A DNA stretch of 32,000 nucleotides from Wallemia ichthyophaga EXF-994 (Eukaryota > Fungi > Basidiomycota): assembly GCF_000400465.1 (NCBI RefSeq), contig NW_008806303.1, positions 8,564 through 40,563 of the forward strand, read 5' to 3'. The translations under genes were made by a program, and so were the position numbers. Under the pieces are notes generated by a model that saw only the letters and a program-made list of their open reading frames with translations, ran no database searches and was not told where the DNA came from. Shown here piece by piece: positions 1-12,400 of this stretch. Each line of letters begins with the position of its first letter. Position 1 is the stretch's first letter.

Positions 1-642
1 GCTTCGGTGAGGAGTTTGACAGTGAGCCGTGGTTACAGCTTTTGAAGGAACTGTTTACGCAGGTGAGAGGAGGCTGTCGTGAGACTATCGAAGCACCCGC
101 TAATCAACAAACTTACTTAGACATTCGGCGTTCCTACTTCATCCCGTCGCATTAAACCTTTCTTCGATCACGTCCTTTCGTTCTCTTATCTGGATGGCAA
201 GATCTGGTTCAGGTCTCACCAGGTTGGTTCGTTTACTTGGCGTTGTACACAACTCACACTAGACTCAGATTGTGGAGAAAGATGCGACGACAATCAAGGC
301 TGAACTCGGAAACAAGAATAAATCTCCTGCAACTACACTGGTTGAAATTGGTCCACGTTTCGTGCTCACCCCAATACGTATATTTGAAGGCTCTTTCGGT
401 GGCCCAACAGTGTTTTCGAATCCAGGTGCGTAAACGTATACTGTGTAGCTTATTACACCACTTACACGGTCGCAGAATTCTTGCCTCCTACCAAAATACG
501 CAAAATGGAGAGAGAGGAGAAGGCAGAAAAGTACAGCAACAGGAAGGACACACAAGAGGAGTCGAAGCAGCGCAAGAAAGATATCAGCAAACGCGACAGA
601 GGATTGGCTGGGGAATTGGAAACAGCCAAGGTATTTGCATGA
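1..642 (+). CDS. BRX1: Brix-domain ribosome biogenesis protein, 3' part (5' end outside window), spliced
   Basis: Spliced translation gives WLQLLKELFTQ/TFGVP..RRIKPFFDHVLSFSYLDGKIWFRSHQ/..LVEIGPRFVLTPIRIFEGSFGGPTVFSNP/EFLPPTKIRK..; three GT-AG introns; TGA at 640-642. Confidence 0.93.
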
Positions 643-779
643 TAAGGTTGAATTGTATAGACAAAGATATTTATTTATGTTTCTGGTTTCAAATGGGTTG
701 TTACCGCACCGTCATTGGATATAAGATAAACCAAACAATGAAATCAACATTCTGTTCATGGGCATCAGCATCGAATAAG

Positions 780-1618
<839 letters not shown>

Positions 1619-1680
1619 ATAGAAACAAATTTATATCTCAGACTTGTTTGACTGATACCGTCATCACTTGTACGCAGACG

Positions 1681-4053
1681 ATGGATCATCAAATAATTGG
1701 TATTGTGAATAAGCTTCAAGTGGGTTGTGATTGGGGATATTTGAATACTGGTCATCTCACACATCCAAACCCAAGGACGCTTTCACAAATGTTGGAATCC
1801 CAAATCCAATCGATTTACCACAAATTACAGTCATTGGATCTCAGTCGAGGTAATTTGCTGTTTACTTGGCTATACACGTACTCATTCATCCACTCTCAGC
1901 GGTAAATCATCTGTTTTAGAGGTTGGTGCATTTATCCCCGCTTAAATATCATTAATATTGATGGATTTTAGAATATTGTGGGTAAACACAGCTTAACAAG
2001 ATAACCCGCTAATCCATTCACAGGTCGGTAGAGACTTCCTTCCACGTGGCACTGGTATCGTTACAAGAAGACCTTTGGTTGGTTGTCTTTGATTGGCTGA
2101 AATCTATATTCACTCGTCCATCCAGATTCTTCAACTTATCCACAGACCTGCCACCGCTAAAAAAGAAGACAGTGGTGCGTCTCATCCGCTGTCGTCTTTG
2201 CCCAACCACTCACTCACTAAATCCCAGAAGAGCGCTCAAATGAAAACAACCCAGATGAATGGGGCGAATTCCTTCACTTGCCAGGCGAAAAATTCCACGA
2301 TTTCGACAAGATCAGGGATGAAATTGTCAATGATACAGAATTAAAGACTGGTAAAAATGCTGGTATCAGTCCACTCCCAATTAACTTGAGGATCTTCTCC
2401 CCTAACGTCCTCACTTTGACCCTCGTTGACTTGCCGGGAATGACTCGCGTACCTGTCGGTGATCAGCCACGCGACATTGAAAGACAGATACGTGACATGC
2501 TCTACAAGTTCGTTTCCAAGCCTAATGCCGTCATTCTTGCTGTTACTGCTGCAAATACTGACTTAGCTAACTCTGATGGTCTCAAATTGGCTAGAGAAGT
2601 TGATCCAGACGGCACGAGAACTATTGGTGTACTTTCTAAAGTTGACTTGATGGACCAGGGTACCGATGTTGTCGATATTTTAGCCGGTAGAGTCATCCCC
2701 CTCCGACTAGGTTATGTTCCTGTCGTCAACAGAGGTCAACGCGATATAGAGCAGAAGAGAGCTATCTCCTCAGCATTAGAAACTGAAAGAGCCTTCTTTG
2801 AAAATCACAACAGCTATAGATCTAAAGCTCAATACTGCGGTACACCCTTCTTGACAAGGAAGTTGAACATGATACTCATGCATCACATCAAAACGTGCTT
2901 ACCAGACATTAAATCAAAAATTTCTGCCTCATTGGCCAAATTCCAATCTGAATTACAATCATTAGGTGGTACACATGGACAGGACAACGGAGCGAATGTT
3001 GTCCTGACGGTCATAACAGACTTCTGTAATGAATTCAGAACAGTTATCGACGGTAACACCCATGACTTGTCCTTGCAAGAGTTATCAGGTGGTGCAAGAA
3101 TTTCTTTCTGTTACCACGAGCTATTCAACAATGGTGTCAAGTCTATTGATCCGTTCGATCAAGTAAAAGACGGAGATATTCGCACTATATTATATAACAG
3201 CTCTGGATCGACACCTGCACTCTTCGTTGGTACTACCGCTTTCGAAATTATTGTCAAGCAGCAGATTAGAAGATTGGAGGATCCAGCCATCAAGTGTTGT
3301 GCACTTATTTATGAAGAGCTGATTAGAATACTTAGTCAACTACTCAGCAAGATACAATCTTTCAAGCGCTATCCAGCATTAAAGGAGAGGTTCAATAGTG
3401 TAGTCATTGCCTCGTTCAAGAAAGCAATGGAGCCAACACAGAAACTCGTGACTGACATGGTCAACATGCAAGCGTGTTACATTAATACCACACACCCAGA
3501 TTTCTTATCAGGACACAAAGCTATGGCATTGGTGACAGAGCGCCAACAACAAGCACAAAAGGCTCCTCCACCAGCTGTGGACCCTAAGACAGGAAAATTG
3601 GCACCAGGTGTGTTGAACAACAATCGTGATTTAGATGTAGACACTAAGAAGGAAGAACCATCGTTCTTTGGCTCCTTCTTCTCCAAAGCGGGCAGTGGTA
3701 CCGGGCAGAAGAAGAAGGGACCAGTGATGGAGTCACCACCACCACAAATAAGACCACAGAGTGCTCTTAACGACAGAGAGCTACTTGAGACGGAGGTGAT
3801 TAAGATGCTGATAACGTCATATTTCAATATCGTCAAGAGGGAAATGATCGACATGGTACCCAAAGCGATCTCATACACGCTCGTGCAAAAATCGAAGGAT
3901 CACTTGCAGAGAGAGCTTTTACAAGAGCTCTACAAGACAGAGGTGCTCGATGATTTGATGAAAGAGTCAGATTTCGTCGTGCAGAGGAGAAAAGAATGTA
4001 TCAAGATGGTTGAAGCATTGAACAAAGCGGAGGAAATCATTTCAACCGTCTAG
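1681..4053 (+). CDS. VPS1: Dynamin-like GTPase Vps1; small exons clustered at 5' end
   Basis: [65 protein letters not shown]; DLPG, TKVD-like SKVD, middle domain and GED ending EEIISTV*. Confidence 0.93.
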
Positions 4054-4548
4054 ACTGAATAAACTGAGTTAAGAATGAATACCAAATTTTCTTTTTCTAA
4101 GTGTTAATAATAAAAAATGGTGAAAATCTGCAAATATATAAAGAGGGATTTCGCCTTATGTTTCAAACCATCAGTACGTAGTATATGAGAGTGGTCATGC
4201 ACTCAACACTATACAAATTCAACTGAATGGTGGCGTTAGTCAGTGACAGCTTTAGCCGGTGTAACGTATAGCACCTGTTGACGTACTGGAGAGCAATGGC
4301 GTGAGTTGAGGTTAGATCGGGCCGTCCGTTGTGCAAACAACGTCGATGGTGGATCGCTATGGTCTCGCTCATGCCACGTCTGTGATTCCTAAGCATTCCG
4401 CTATGTCAATTTGGCTTTAACGGTTGTGCAAAACCCACAGACGGACATACTCTTGTAAACTGAAATGAATATATATATCGTTAGACGTATCTGGATATAA
4501 ATTTTGATGTTATTGACTTGATATTCTAGTGCTCAGACTTACACTGTG

Positions 4549-6235
4549 ATGGACGAGGGCCATGTCAACTCGCCGCTTATGGCTTCGCAAAGTTCCTCGC
4601 AGCGATTCCACCACTCCAGGCAACGTGCAACCAGCGTTTCTAATGCCTTCGCTATCAATCCCATCCCTCTCCTCAGTAGCAGCGAAGACAATGACGGTGC
4701 TAGTGGTAACGCTGCAGTCTCGCCTAGTCGTACGATTGGCAGACTCGGTGGCGTGTCACTTGTATTCGGTATGATCGTCGGTTCTGGTATTTTCAGCAGT
4801 CCTGGAAATATACTCAGTCTGACTGGATCCCCTGGTGCCAGTTTGGTTACATGGGCAGTCGGTGGATTATTAGCTTGGATGGGTGCCAGTTGTTTCGCTG
4901 AACTTGGAACTGCTCTTCCTGTTTCCGGTGGTCCAGTGGCTTACTTGAGTTATGCATATGGTCCTCTGACATCCTTCACCTTTACTTTTACTTCCATCTC
5001 AATCATAAAGCCCTCAGGGGCTGCTCTCATAGCTACCATCTTTGGCGAGTACCTCTCCCGTTTCTTCTGGCTCCTACCTAGCACAGCCGATAGTGTACCC
5101 AGCACCGATGACATACCGTCATGGCTCACAAGATTGATAGCGTGTGCTGGCGTTGTCATTGTCTCTGCATTGAATATGGCTTCTACGCCTCTCTCCACCA
5201 CGACGCAGACGCTGTTCATGTTGATCAAAATACTCGCTATCATTTTCGTAGTAGTGCTCGGCATAGTCGCTGCTGTGCGCGGAGGTTCTGATAATCTCGC
5301 ACCGAGCAATGCGTTTACCGGTACCAATGTGAGTGCTTCCAGCACAGCTCTAGCGCTCTATTCGGCACTGTGGGCATTCGACGGATGGGACCAGTCCAAT
5401 TATGTAGCTGGAGAGATGATAAACGTGCAGCGAAGCCTTCCTTTCGTTATTCACGTCTCAATGCCACTCACAATCATCATCTTCCTACTCGCTAACATGT
5501 CTTATCTGATTGCGATGCCTGTGTCACAGGTGGCCATGTCTAACACTGTGGCGCTCGATCTGGGCAACAGTGTGCTAGGGAAAGTGGGAAGTGGGGTAGC
5601 GACTATCCTAATATCGATATCGGCCCTCGGCGCACTCAACAGCGGTGCATTGACGACGTCGCGTCTAATAAGCAGCGTCGCGGGTAGTCATACTGAGGCA
5701 GGCTTCTTGCCCAAATTTCTGTCTACTTTCAACTCCAAAACACACACACCGGTCAACGCACTAATCTTTCAGACACTCCTCACTTGCATTTATGTCGTCA
5801 TCGGCGGAGGTTTTCAGACTCTGGTCAATTTCTACTCTATCGGGATTTGGTACTTCTACCTGCTCTGCGCGCTTGCTGTCGTGGTGCTCAGGATTAAGGA
5901 ACCGGATTTAGAGAGACCTTACAAGACGTGGATAACTGTACCGATGGTGTTCTCGTCACTTACTATATTTTTGTTATGTGAGTTGGGCATCGCTGTTGGA
6001 TAAACCGACTCATACTCATACTCACTCGCAATCACTAGGTATGCCCGTGTTCGCTGCACCACTCGAAGCTGCAGCGGCATTTGGATTCATTGGTCTCAGC
6101 GTGCCGATATACTTTATATCCAACTACGTCAAATATCGTGAATTAAACATTTACCAGCACATCCCAAGCTTTATAAAGAATCGAATGGGTAAATCTAATT
6201 ACAGTAAAATACCAGTAGAGATGCAAGATTTGTAG
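4549..6235 (+). CDS. APC-superfamily L-type amino acid transporter (LAT/Mup1-like permease), intron 5978-6038
   Basis: GMIVGSGIFSSPG, CFAELGTALPVSGG, LWAFDGWDQSNYVAGEM, LRIKEPDLERPYK motifs and many hydrophobic segments; 5' end uncertain. Confidence 0.9.
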
Positions 6236-6313
6236 AAGCGCTAATTTAATTTTTGTATTTTTATATTTCCGTTGTACACCGAGTAAATAGAGGGTTTCTA
6301 TTGGACGTTGAGG

Positions 6314-7138
6314 ATGTTGAGCATTAGAGGCGTAAGAAATTTAGCAAGGAGTGGCAGAGCGTTGAGGAGTATCTCTACGTCCACCGCACGCAGCTCAGAT
6401 GCACTCTTTGTGGTTAGTTGGGGTGTCTAAATGGCTTCGTATGGCTGACGGGACACAGCACAGAGACACGGAATACAACAACAGCTCAGTGGGTGCAGGC
6501 GGAACAGAAAAAGCCACTCTAACACGCAGCAGATCCCATTCAAATTCAACAGCCAAAATGAACCAATTACAAAAGAGATATTAAGCAGATATCCTCCACA
6601 GTACAAGAAAGGCGCTATTATGCCCCTTCTAGATCTCGCTCAACGCCAAAACCAAGGTTGGACAAGCATAAGCTGTATGAACGAGGTGGCAAAGATTGTC
6701 GAGGTACCTCCAATGAGAGTTTACGAGGTAGCCACGTTCTATACTATGTACAATAGGGAACCAGTGGGTGATCACCTCGTACAAGTCTGCACTACAACGC
6801 CGTGTATGTTGAACGGTGCTTACGATATCATGCACGCTATCGAAAAGGATTTGCACGTCAAGCCAGGCCATACGACTAATGATAAGAAGTTCACTCTCCT
6901 TGAGGTGGAATGCTTGGGCGCTTGCTCTAACGCTCCAATGATGCAGATCAATGATCACTACTACGAGGATCTCAACAACAAGAGCACACTCGATATCATT
7001 AACCAGCTCAAGAATGGTAAGCAGCCTCACATCGGCCCTCAATCTACCAGACACACCTGCGAGAACAGCAGCGGTCTGACCAATCTCACTGAAAAACCTT
7101 ATGGTCCTGGTGAACACTGCCAGCCTGAATTCCAGTAA
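6314..7138 (+). CDS. NDUFV2: NADH:ubiquinone oxidoreductase 24 kDa subunit (2Fe-2S), mitochondrial precursor, 2 introns
   Basis: Arg/Ser-rich presequence, SDALFV/HRDT, then [18 protein letters not shown] cluster motif. Confidence 0.96.
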
Positions 7139-7153
7139 TTATTAATACATTTT

Positions 7154-7490
7154 CTATCGTTCCTTTACATGATCCGTGGGTATCGTTGGGGGTGTTTTGG
7201 TACTGGTGCTAGTGCTGTTTCTACTTGTACTACTGTTGCTACTTGTGCTCCCGCTTTCGTCTACAACTTGGTTGGCAGCTTCTTCCTCATCCATACTTCG
7301 GTATTTACGCCTGTATATTATAAAAAACACAGCCAGATATCCAGCGCATATTATAACTGTCTTTATGTTATTCGTTTACCTCCACTAAGCATCACACTCA
7401 CGCACTGCTACTATTATCGCTGCGAAGAATACATGGTCTCCTCTTTTGTCACCTGGCTGAGCAGTATATTTCACAGAAACCATATGGCAT
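7154..7490 (-). CDS. Predicted small (~76 aa) single-pass membrane protein, 2 introns; not in the ORF track
   Basis: Model 7490-7481, 7419-7402, 7356-7154 translates MPYAIIVAVLIICAGYLAVFFIIYRRKYRSMDEEEAANQVV..STSTKTPPTIPTDHVKER*. Second intron is 45 nt GTGAGT..ACAG; first donor (GTTTCT) is weak. Confidence 0.55.
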
Positions 7491-7617
7491 ATTGTGAACG
7501 TTTATTTGTAAGAGACGCAAACAGACTCTTGTATAAGTTACGTTGCTATTTTTACATTTTTCTATCAGTTACGTCAATTTATTTTTAGTTGCTGTATGAT
7601 GCCGCTATTTAAACTAT

Positions 7618-9008
7618 CTAATCTCTCTGTTGCCAAACCTGCATTTCATTTTCAGCTTTTCTATCTCCTTCAACGCCTTCACTCAACTCACCTGCAAATA
7701 TGTCTCACCAAGGAAAATAAGTCGTCTGTCGATCTCTTCAACAAACAAATCCTGCAACTGGTACCACTTGTTAGTGCCATCGTCATTTGTCAACGGCGAC
7801 TTGAGCTGCGATTTCCATTTACTGCTGTTGTTGTTATCGTGCTCGTGGCAGATATTCGCTACCAGATCATATACTGTACTCTCGTCACCATCACTATTCT
7901 CCACGTAATCCTTAAAGTCTACACCCGAGATTGGGTAGTTTATGATTGTCTGATTGTACTCCTCCTTGAATTTGTTCTTGGAAAACCTCTTGAAGTGTAT
8001 TATGAGATACTTGGGCAACTTAACCAATTGGTAAGACCGTCTCTGACCGAATTGCTCTTGTTTGTGCACTCCGTCATACTTTCTTAGCACCTCAGCTAAC
8101 GATACCTGTGGAATAATGTTCTCATCGTCACTGAAAACAGGTTTGGGCGGTAAATCGCACGATAAGATGAGGAATGGTGTGGTATTGATAGCTATCTTAT
8201 CCTCTTCTATGAACTTCTTATCAATCTCTTCATTTTCGTCGAGCTGAATGATTTTCTGCGACGTTATTCGCAACATGCCTTGAAATAACCTGTATATCAC
8301 ACTACTATCAGGCTTCTTGCTACCACCTAAATCCTTGTGAAGGGAATTGAGAAGAAATGTAAGAAATTCGACTGGATCCGCTGAGTTCTGTATATTAAAT
8401 CTATTCTTCGACAGCTTTGACATCAATTCCAATAGTTCATGAGGACTGACTTGAGATTTGAATAGATGCTTATTCCACATTCGTTTATTTAGCGTGCTAA
8501 AGCGCTCCAATAGCTCGCTCCTGTAAGTATCCATGAGGAGGAATGCATTTCTGAGCGGATTGATATGTGTGAGCGTATGAATGATAACATTCGCGTAATC
8601 GTTCTTCTTCATATTGTTCAAACCGACATATCCACACAAATAGGGTTGTTTAGTGAGGTCATGGCTTATCACTGCGTTATCGAGCTGGTTGACCTCTTCC
8701 CCGGTGTATGCTGGTTGAAGAACTCGGACAATATCGCTCAACGAGTTGTCCTCTACTTTGTAATCCTCTGGGAGAATGTAGAACTCTTTCCTGTCTAAGC
8801 TCAAGAAGACATGATGCTCTTCGTCGATTGAGTGGTTATAAGCTGGTGACGACTTGGACCGGCCTTGAAAGTAGCGCCCACAAACGAGACAGCAGTAGAC
8901 AGATTTATTCGTAAGCGAAACACTACAAACTTTCTCAAAATCGAAATCTAGCAGGTGGCGGTTGATCGTGTCTAGGTATAAATTACTCTGAACTTCCCTC
9001 TTGGCCAT
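7618..9008 (-). CDS. SAD1: U4/U6.U5 tri-snRNP protein Sad1/USP39 (ZnF-UBP plus inactive USP domain), one 3' intron
   Basis: LYLDTINRHLLDFDFEKVCSVSL..YCCLVCGRYFQGR; GLNNMKKNDYAN with Asp at the catalytic Cys position; last exon VWQQRD*. Confidence 0.95.
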
Positions 9009-9113
9009 CGACGTCAACGTTGAAGGGATATTGAATAACTTTTGTGGCAATCCCGTTATTATTACATTCTAAACATCAATCAATGCATTGATCCATACAA
9101 AGTCTCTCCAGTA

Positions 9114-9389
9114 ATGCGTAAATCAGGTCTTCAACTTCATACGGTCAGCCTCTACAGACAGGCACTCAGGATGGCACTCTCTAAGCCGCATGATCATCGT
9201 AAATCGTGGATCGCGTTCGTCAGATTCAATTTCCGTCAATACTCAAATATTTCACCAAGAGACGTCAGTTCAATTGAGTATTTACAAAGAAAGACATCGA
9301 GGTTAATTGAAACATATTCAAACCCTTCTGCGAAATCCATTAATTTATCTAATCATGCTAAAATTTACATTCCTACTAAAAATTTTTAA
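9114..9389 (+). CDS. SDH6: LYR-motif protein, succinate dehydrogenase assembly factor 1
   Basis: MRKSGLQLHTVSLYRQALR..FVRFNFRQY..SIEYLQRK pattern matches Sdh6/SDHAF1 as I recall the family. Confidence 0.8.
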   Translation: MRKSGLQLHTVSLYRQALRMALSKPHDHRKSWIAFVRFNFRQYSNISPRDVSSIEYLQRKTSRLIETYSNPSAKSINLSNHAKIYIPTKNF

Positions 9390-9406
9390 TACATGTTTGA
9401 TTTGTG

Positions 9407-12400
9407 TTACATTTTGTTGAAGGAAGCCCTTGCTGATTCAAATGAGTAGCGCTTGCCTAGTTCAGGTGTAGGTTTAGATGAGTATGGTGTATACGAGATT
9501 GGCGGTGTAGGCGGTGGTGGCATAGAAGATATAGATTGTGAATGGTGATTACCATGCAGACTCCGGTTAGACGCTCTTAACGCTGAATCCCTATCTAAAC
9601 CGCTAGACATAGTCCTACTCCGCGCCCTTAGCACTTCTATATCTTCTTCCAATCGGCGATTATCCTCCTCTTGCATCTTGAGATCACGCTGATAACGCCT
9701 CTTCTCCACTTCAATCACATTTCTCGCCTCTTCCAGTTTCTTGTAGACATTCTCGCAATCCTTCTCCTTTATTTTGATTATTTGCTCAAGTTCGAGGAGA
9801 CGCTTATCTGTAGGAGTCCGCAGTCGAATTTCCAGCTCAGTGAGCTGTTCCGGAGTTAGACGAGACTTGATCTTTTCAGCTGACTTCATCTGGGTTGACA
9901 TGTTCGTGATCTCCATACGTGATTCTCTGAGCTGTCGGTCTGTTACGCGCTTCGCCTCTTCAAGGACGTGTACATGCTCAATCACTGTCTTGTCACTACG
10001 TGATCTGCTTAACAAATCTACCTCTTGCTGCGACGCTAGAAGGTCGTCCTTCATCACACTCAGTTTTGTCTCTAGATCACTGATCACTTCTTTGAGATTG
10101 TTCATATCGACTTTACGTGATTTGGATTCTTGGCTGCGACGATCTTCGACTGATTTAATATCATACGTTAGCACTTCATTGGATTGTCTTATGTTGTCGC
10201 GCTCTATTCTCAATTCGTCGCGCTCCTTCTCGAGGTCAAGACAGGCGTCTTCATAGTCATTTTGTTTCTTATGAGAAAGTTGCAACGCTCTTTGCAGTTG
10301 CTATTTGTCGTGATTAGCATATATTCAACTCCCAAAAGTCAAACTCACGTCGTTGTCCTGTTGTGATTGCCGCAAGGTTGATTCGAATTCAGTTTGCACG
10401 GCTAAGATGGATTCAAACTCGTTCATGATTCTTTGATTCTTTTCTTCACTTTGATGCAGTTGTCGCAAAGTCGAATCATACTCAGATTGCAGTCTTCTAA
10501 AAGACTCAAATTCACTCTTGATCCTCTCACTCTTGTTCTCACTTTGCTGTAATTGCGATTGTAGCAACTTGATGTCATTATTTTTCTCGACAGTACCCTG
10601 ACGCAGAGCATCATGCTGCAACACCTCCTCATCGTAGTCCTGCTTCAATCTCTCGTAGTTGTCTTTGTGGGCTTCTGCGTGGAGTGCCCTCTCCACGACT
10701 TCGTCGTAGTCTTGTTGCAGTCTTTCGTAGTTGACTTTGTAAGTTTCTGCTTCGACTGCTCTCTGAACCTCTTCATCGTAGTCTTGCTTCAATCTTTCAT
10801 AGCTGTCTTTATAGGCTTCTGCGTGGAGTGCTCTCTTCACCACTTCATCGTAGTCTTGTTGCAGTCTTTCGTAGTTGACTTTGTAAGTTTCTGCTTCGAC
10901 TGCTCTCTGAACCTCTTCATCGTAGTCCTGTTTCAATCTTTTGTAGTTGTCTTCGTAAGACTCTGCATCGAGCGCTCTCTTCTTGAGTGATTCAATTTCA
11001 CTCCTTGAGGTTTCAGCATCTTCTATAGATTGAGTTAGTTGCTCGCGCATTTCCTCCAATTCGTCGTCTCTTGTACTCTTAGAATGCTTAAATTGCAGCA
11101 CAACATCAGCCAACTCGCTTTCCACCTCCTGGCATCTCAAGGAGATATCGTCAAATCTTGTACTCTTCTCCTCGAATTCCTGCAGCTGATGGAGTGTTTC
11201 GGTGAGCTTACTGCGAAGTGCCTGCAACTCCCGTCCAAATTTGTCGCGCTCAGAGGATGTTACTGCAAGTCTGTGCTCATAATCATTGGCTAGTTCCTTC
11301 ATTTTACTATTGTCAGCCACTGTACTTTCCAAGCGCAAGATTTCGGTACTGGCAATATCAAAGTCGCTTCTTAGATCCTGGTGTCGAGATTCCGCCTCTT
11401 TCATTCCATTCAATGCCTTTTCGAGTTGGTTTTCTAGATCTTTGATGAAAGCACGGTGGTTGTCTATCTCTTCGCTCATCTCAACTTCGCGCGTCTGGAA
11501 TCTTTCTATGAGGTGCGAGTTTTGCAGTGATTGATCCCGTTCGGTTTCTAAGGCTGTTTGTGTACTCATAAGCAGCTTTTGTATGCGCCTCTGTTCAGAG
11601 TTATTCGCTTGCTGGTCTTTTACTATAAATTCAAGCCTCCTCTGCATGGATTGTAATTGATCCTGTCGAGCGTCAGTTATTGAGTATACTAAGTACTAAT
11701 TATTATACTTACTTCCCGCTTCCTGATCTCCTCTTCGGATCTCGTAGCAGTTAGGAGTGGTCTGACCTTATTAAAAACTCTCCACCATGCCCATTGCGAT
11801 AGGTTGTTAGATAACTCAGCGTTCCTATTGATAATTAGAGCAGCGTTGGCCTTATTTCTCAGCTTGTGTATAATCCTCCTCGTAATGAATCCTCTAGAAG
11901 ATGCTTGAATGGACGTGAACAAGTCGTAGAGAATGTTGTCCCTTCTCTCTTCCATTTCGGCGAGCACACCTGACTTGAAGAAGATCTTGCTATTACCGAT
12001 TCTGTATAGCTCTGAGTCCAGCTCCAAACTCTCGAGCATGCGCTGGCACACTTTCCTAGCATCCATATAGTGTACTGAGAGAACATTTGGAGTGAGGACA
12101 CCATACCTGGATCTGAACTCTGAGAACGGCAGTCTGTTTGGATAACCCAGTCTAGCAATTCTGATACCCTCCAGTACACCATTGCAGCGCAGCTGATCGA
12201 GTACAAGATTTACCTCAATTCTTCCCGGCTTCTTTATTGAGTTGGGTAGAATACATCTGACGAAATGTGGTTCCGTAGAGTTGAGTTGCCTCATCAACGC
12301 ATTTAGCTGCTCTTTATGTCTTTGTGCGACAGTTCTGAAAGCTCCACCTTTTCCTCCTCTGCTTGCTTTTCTGTCATCCGGTGTGTACTCTGAGAAAAGG

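Noticed and set aside
6525-6535. CAGCAG tandem acceptor in NDUFV2 intron 2
   Set aside because: Would add one Gln at most; common and untestable from sequence.
7169-7588. Plus-strand 139-aa and 70-aa ORFs
   Set aside because: Low-complexity antisense of the minus-strand small gene model; no splice or motif support.
8545-8610. Missing catalytic cysteine in the USP domain
   Set aside because: Known property of Sad1/USP39 pseudo-deubiquitinases.
10622-10981. Regular repeats as CRISPR-like array
   Set aside because: In-frame coding repeats without unique spacers in a eukaryotic myosin exon.
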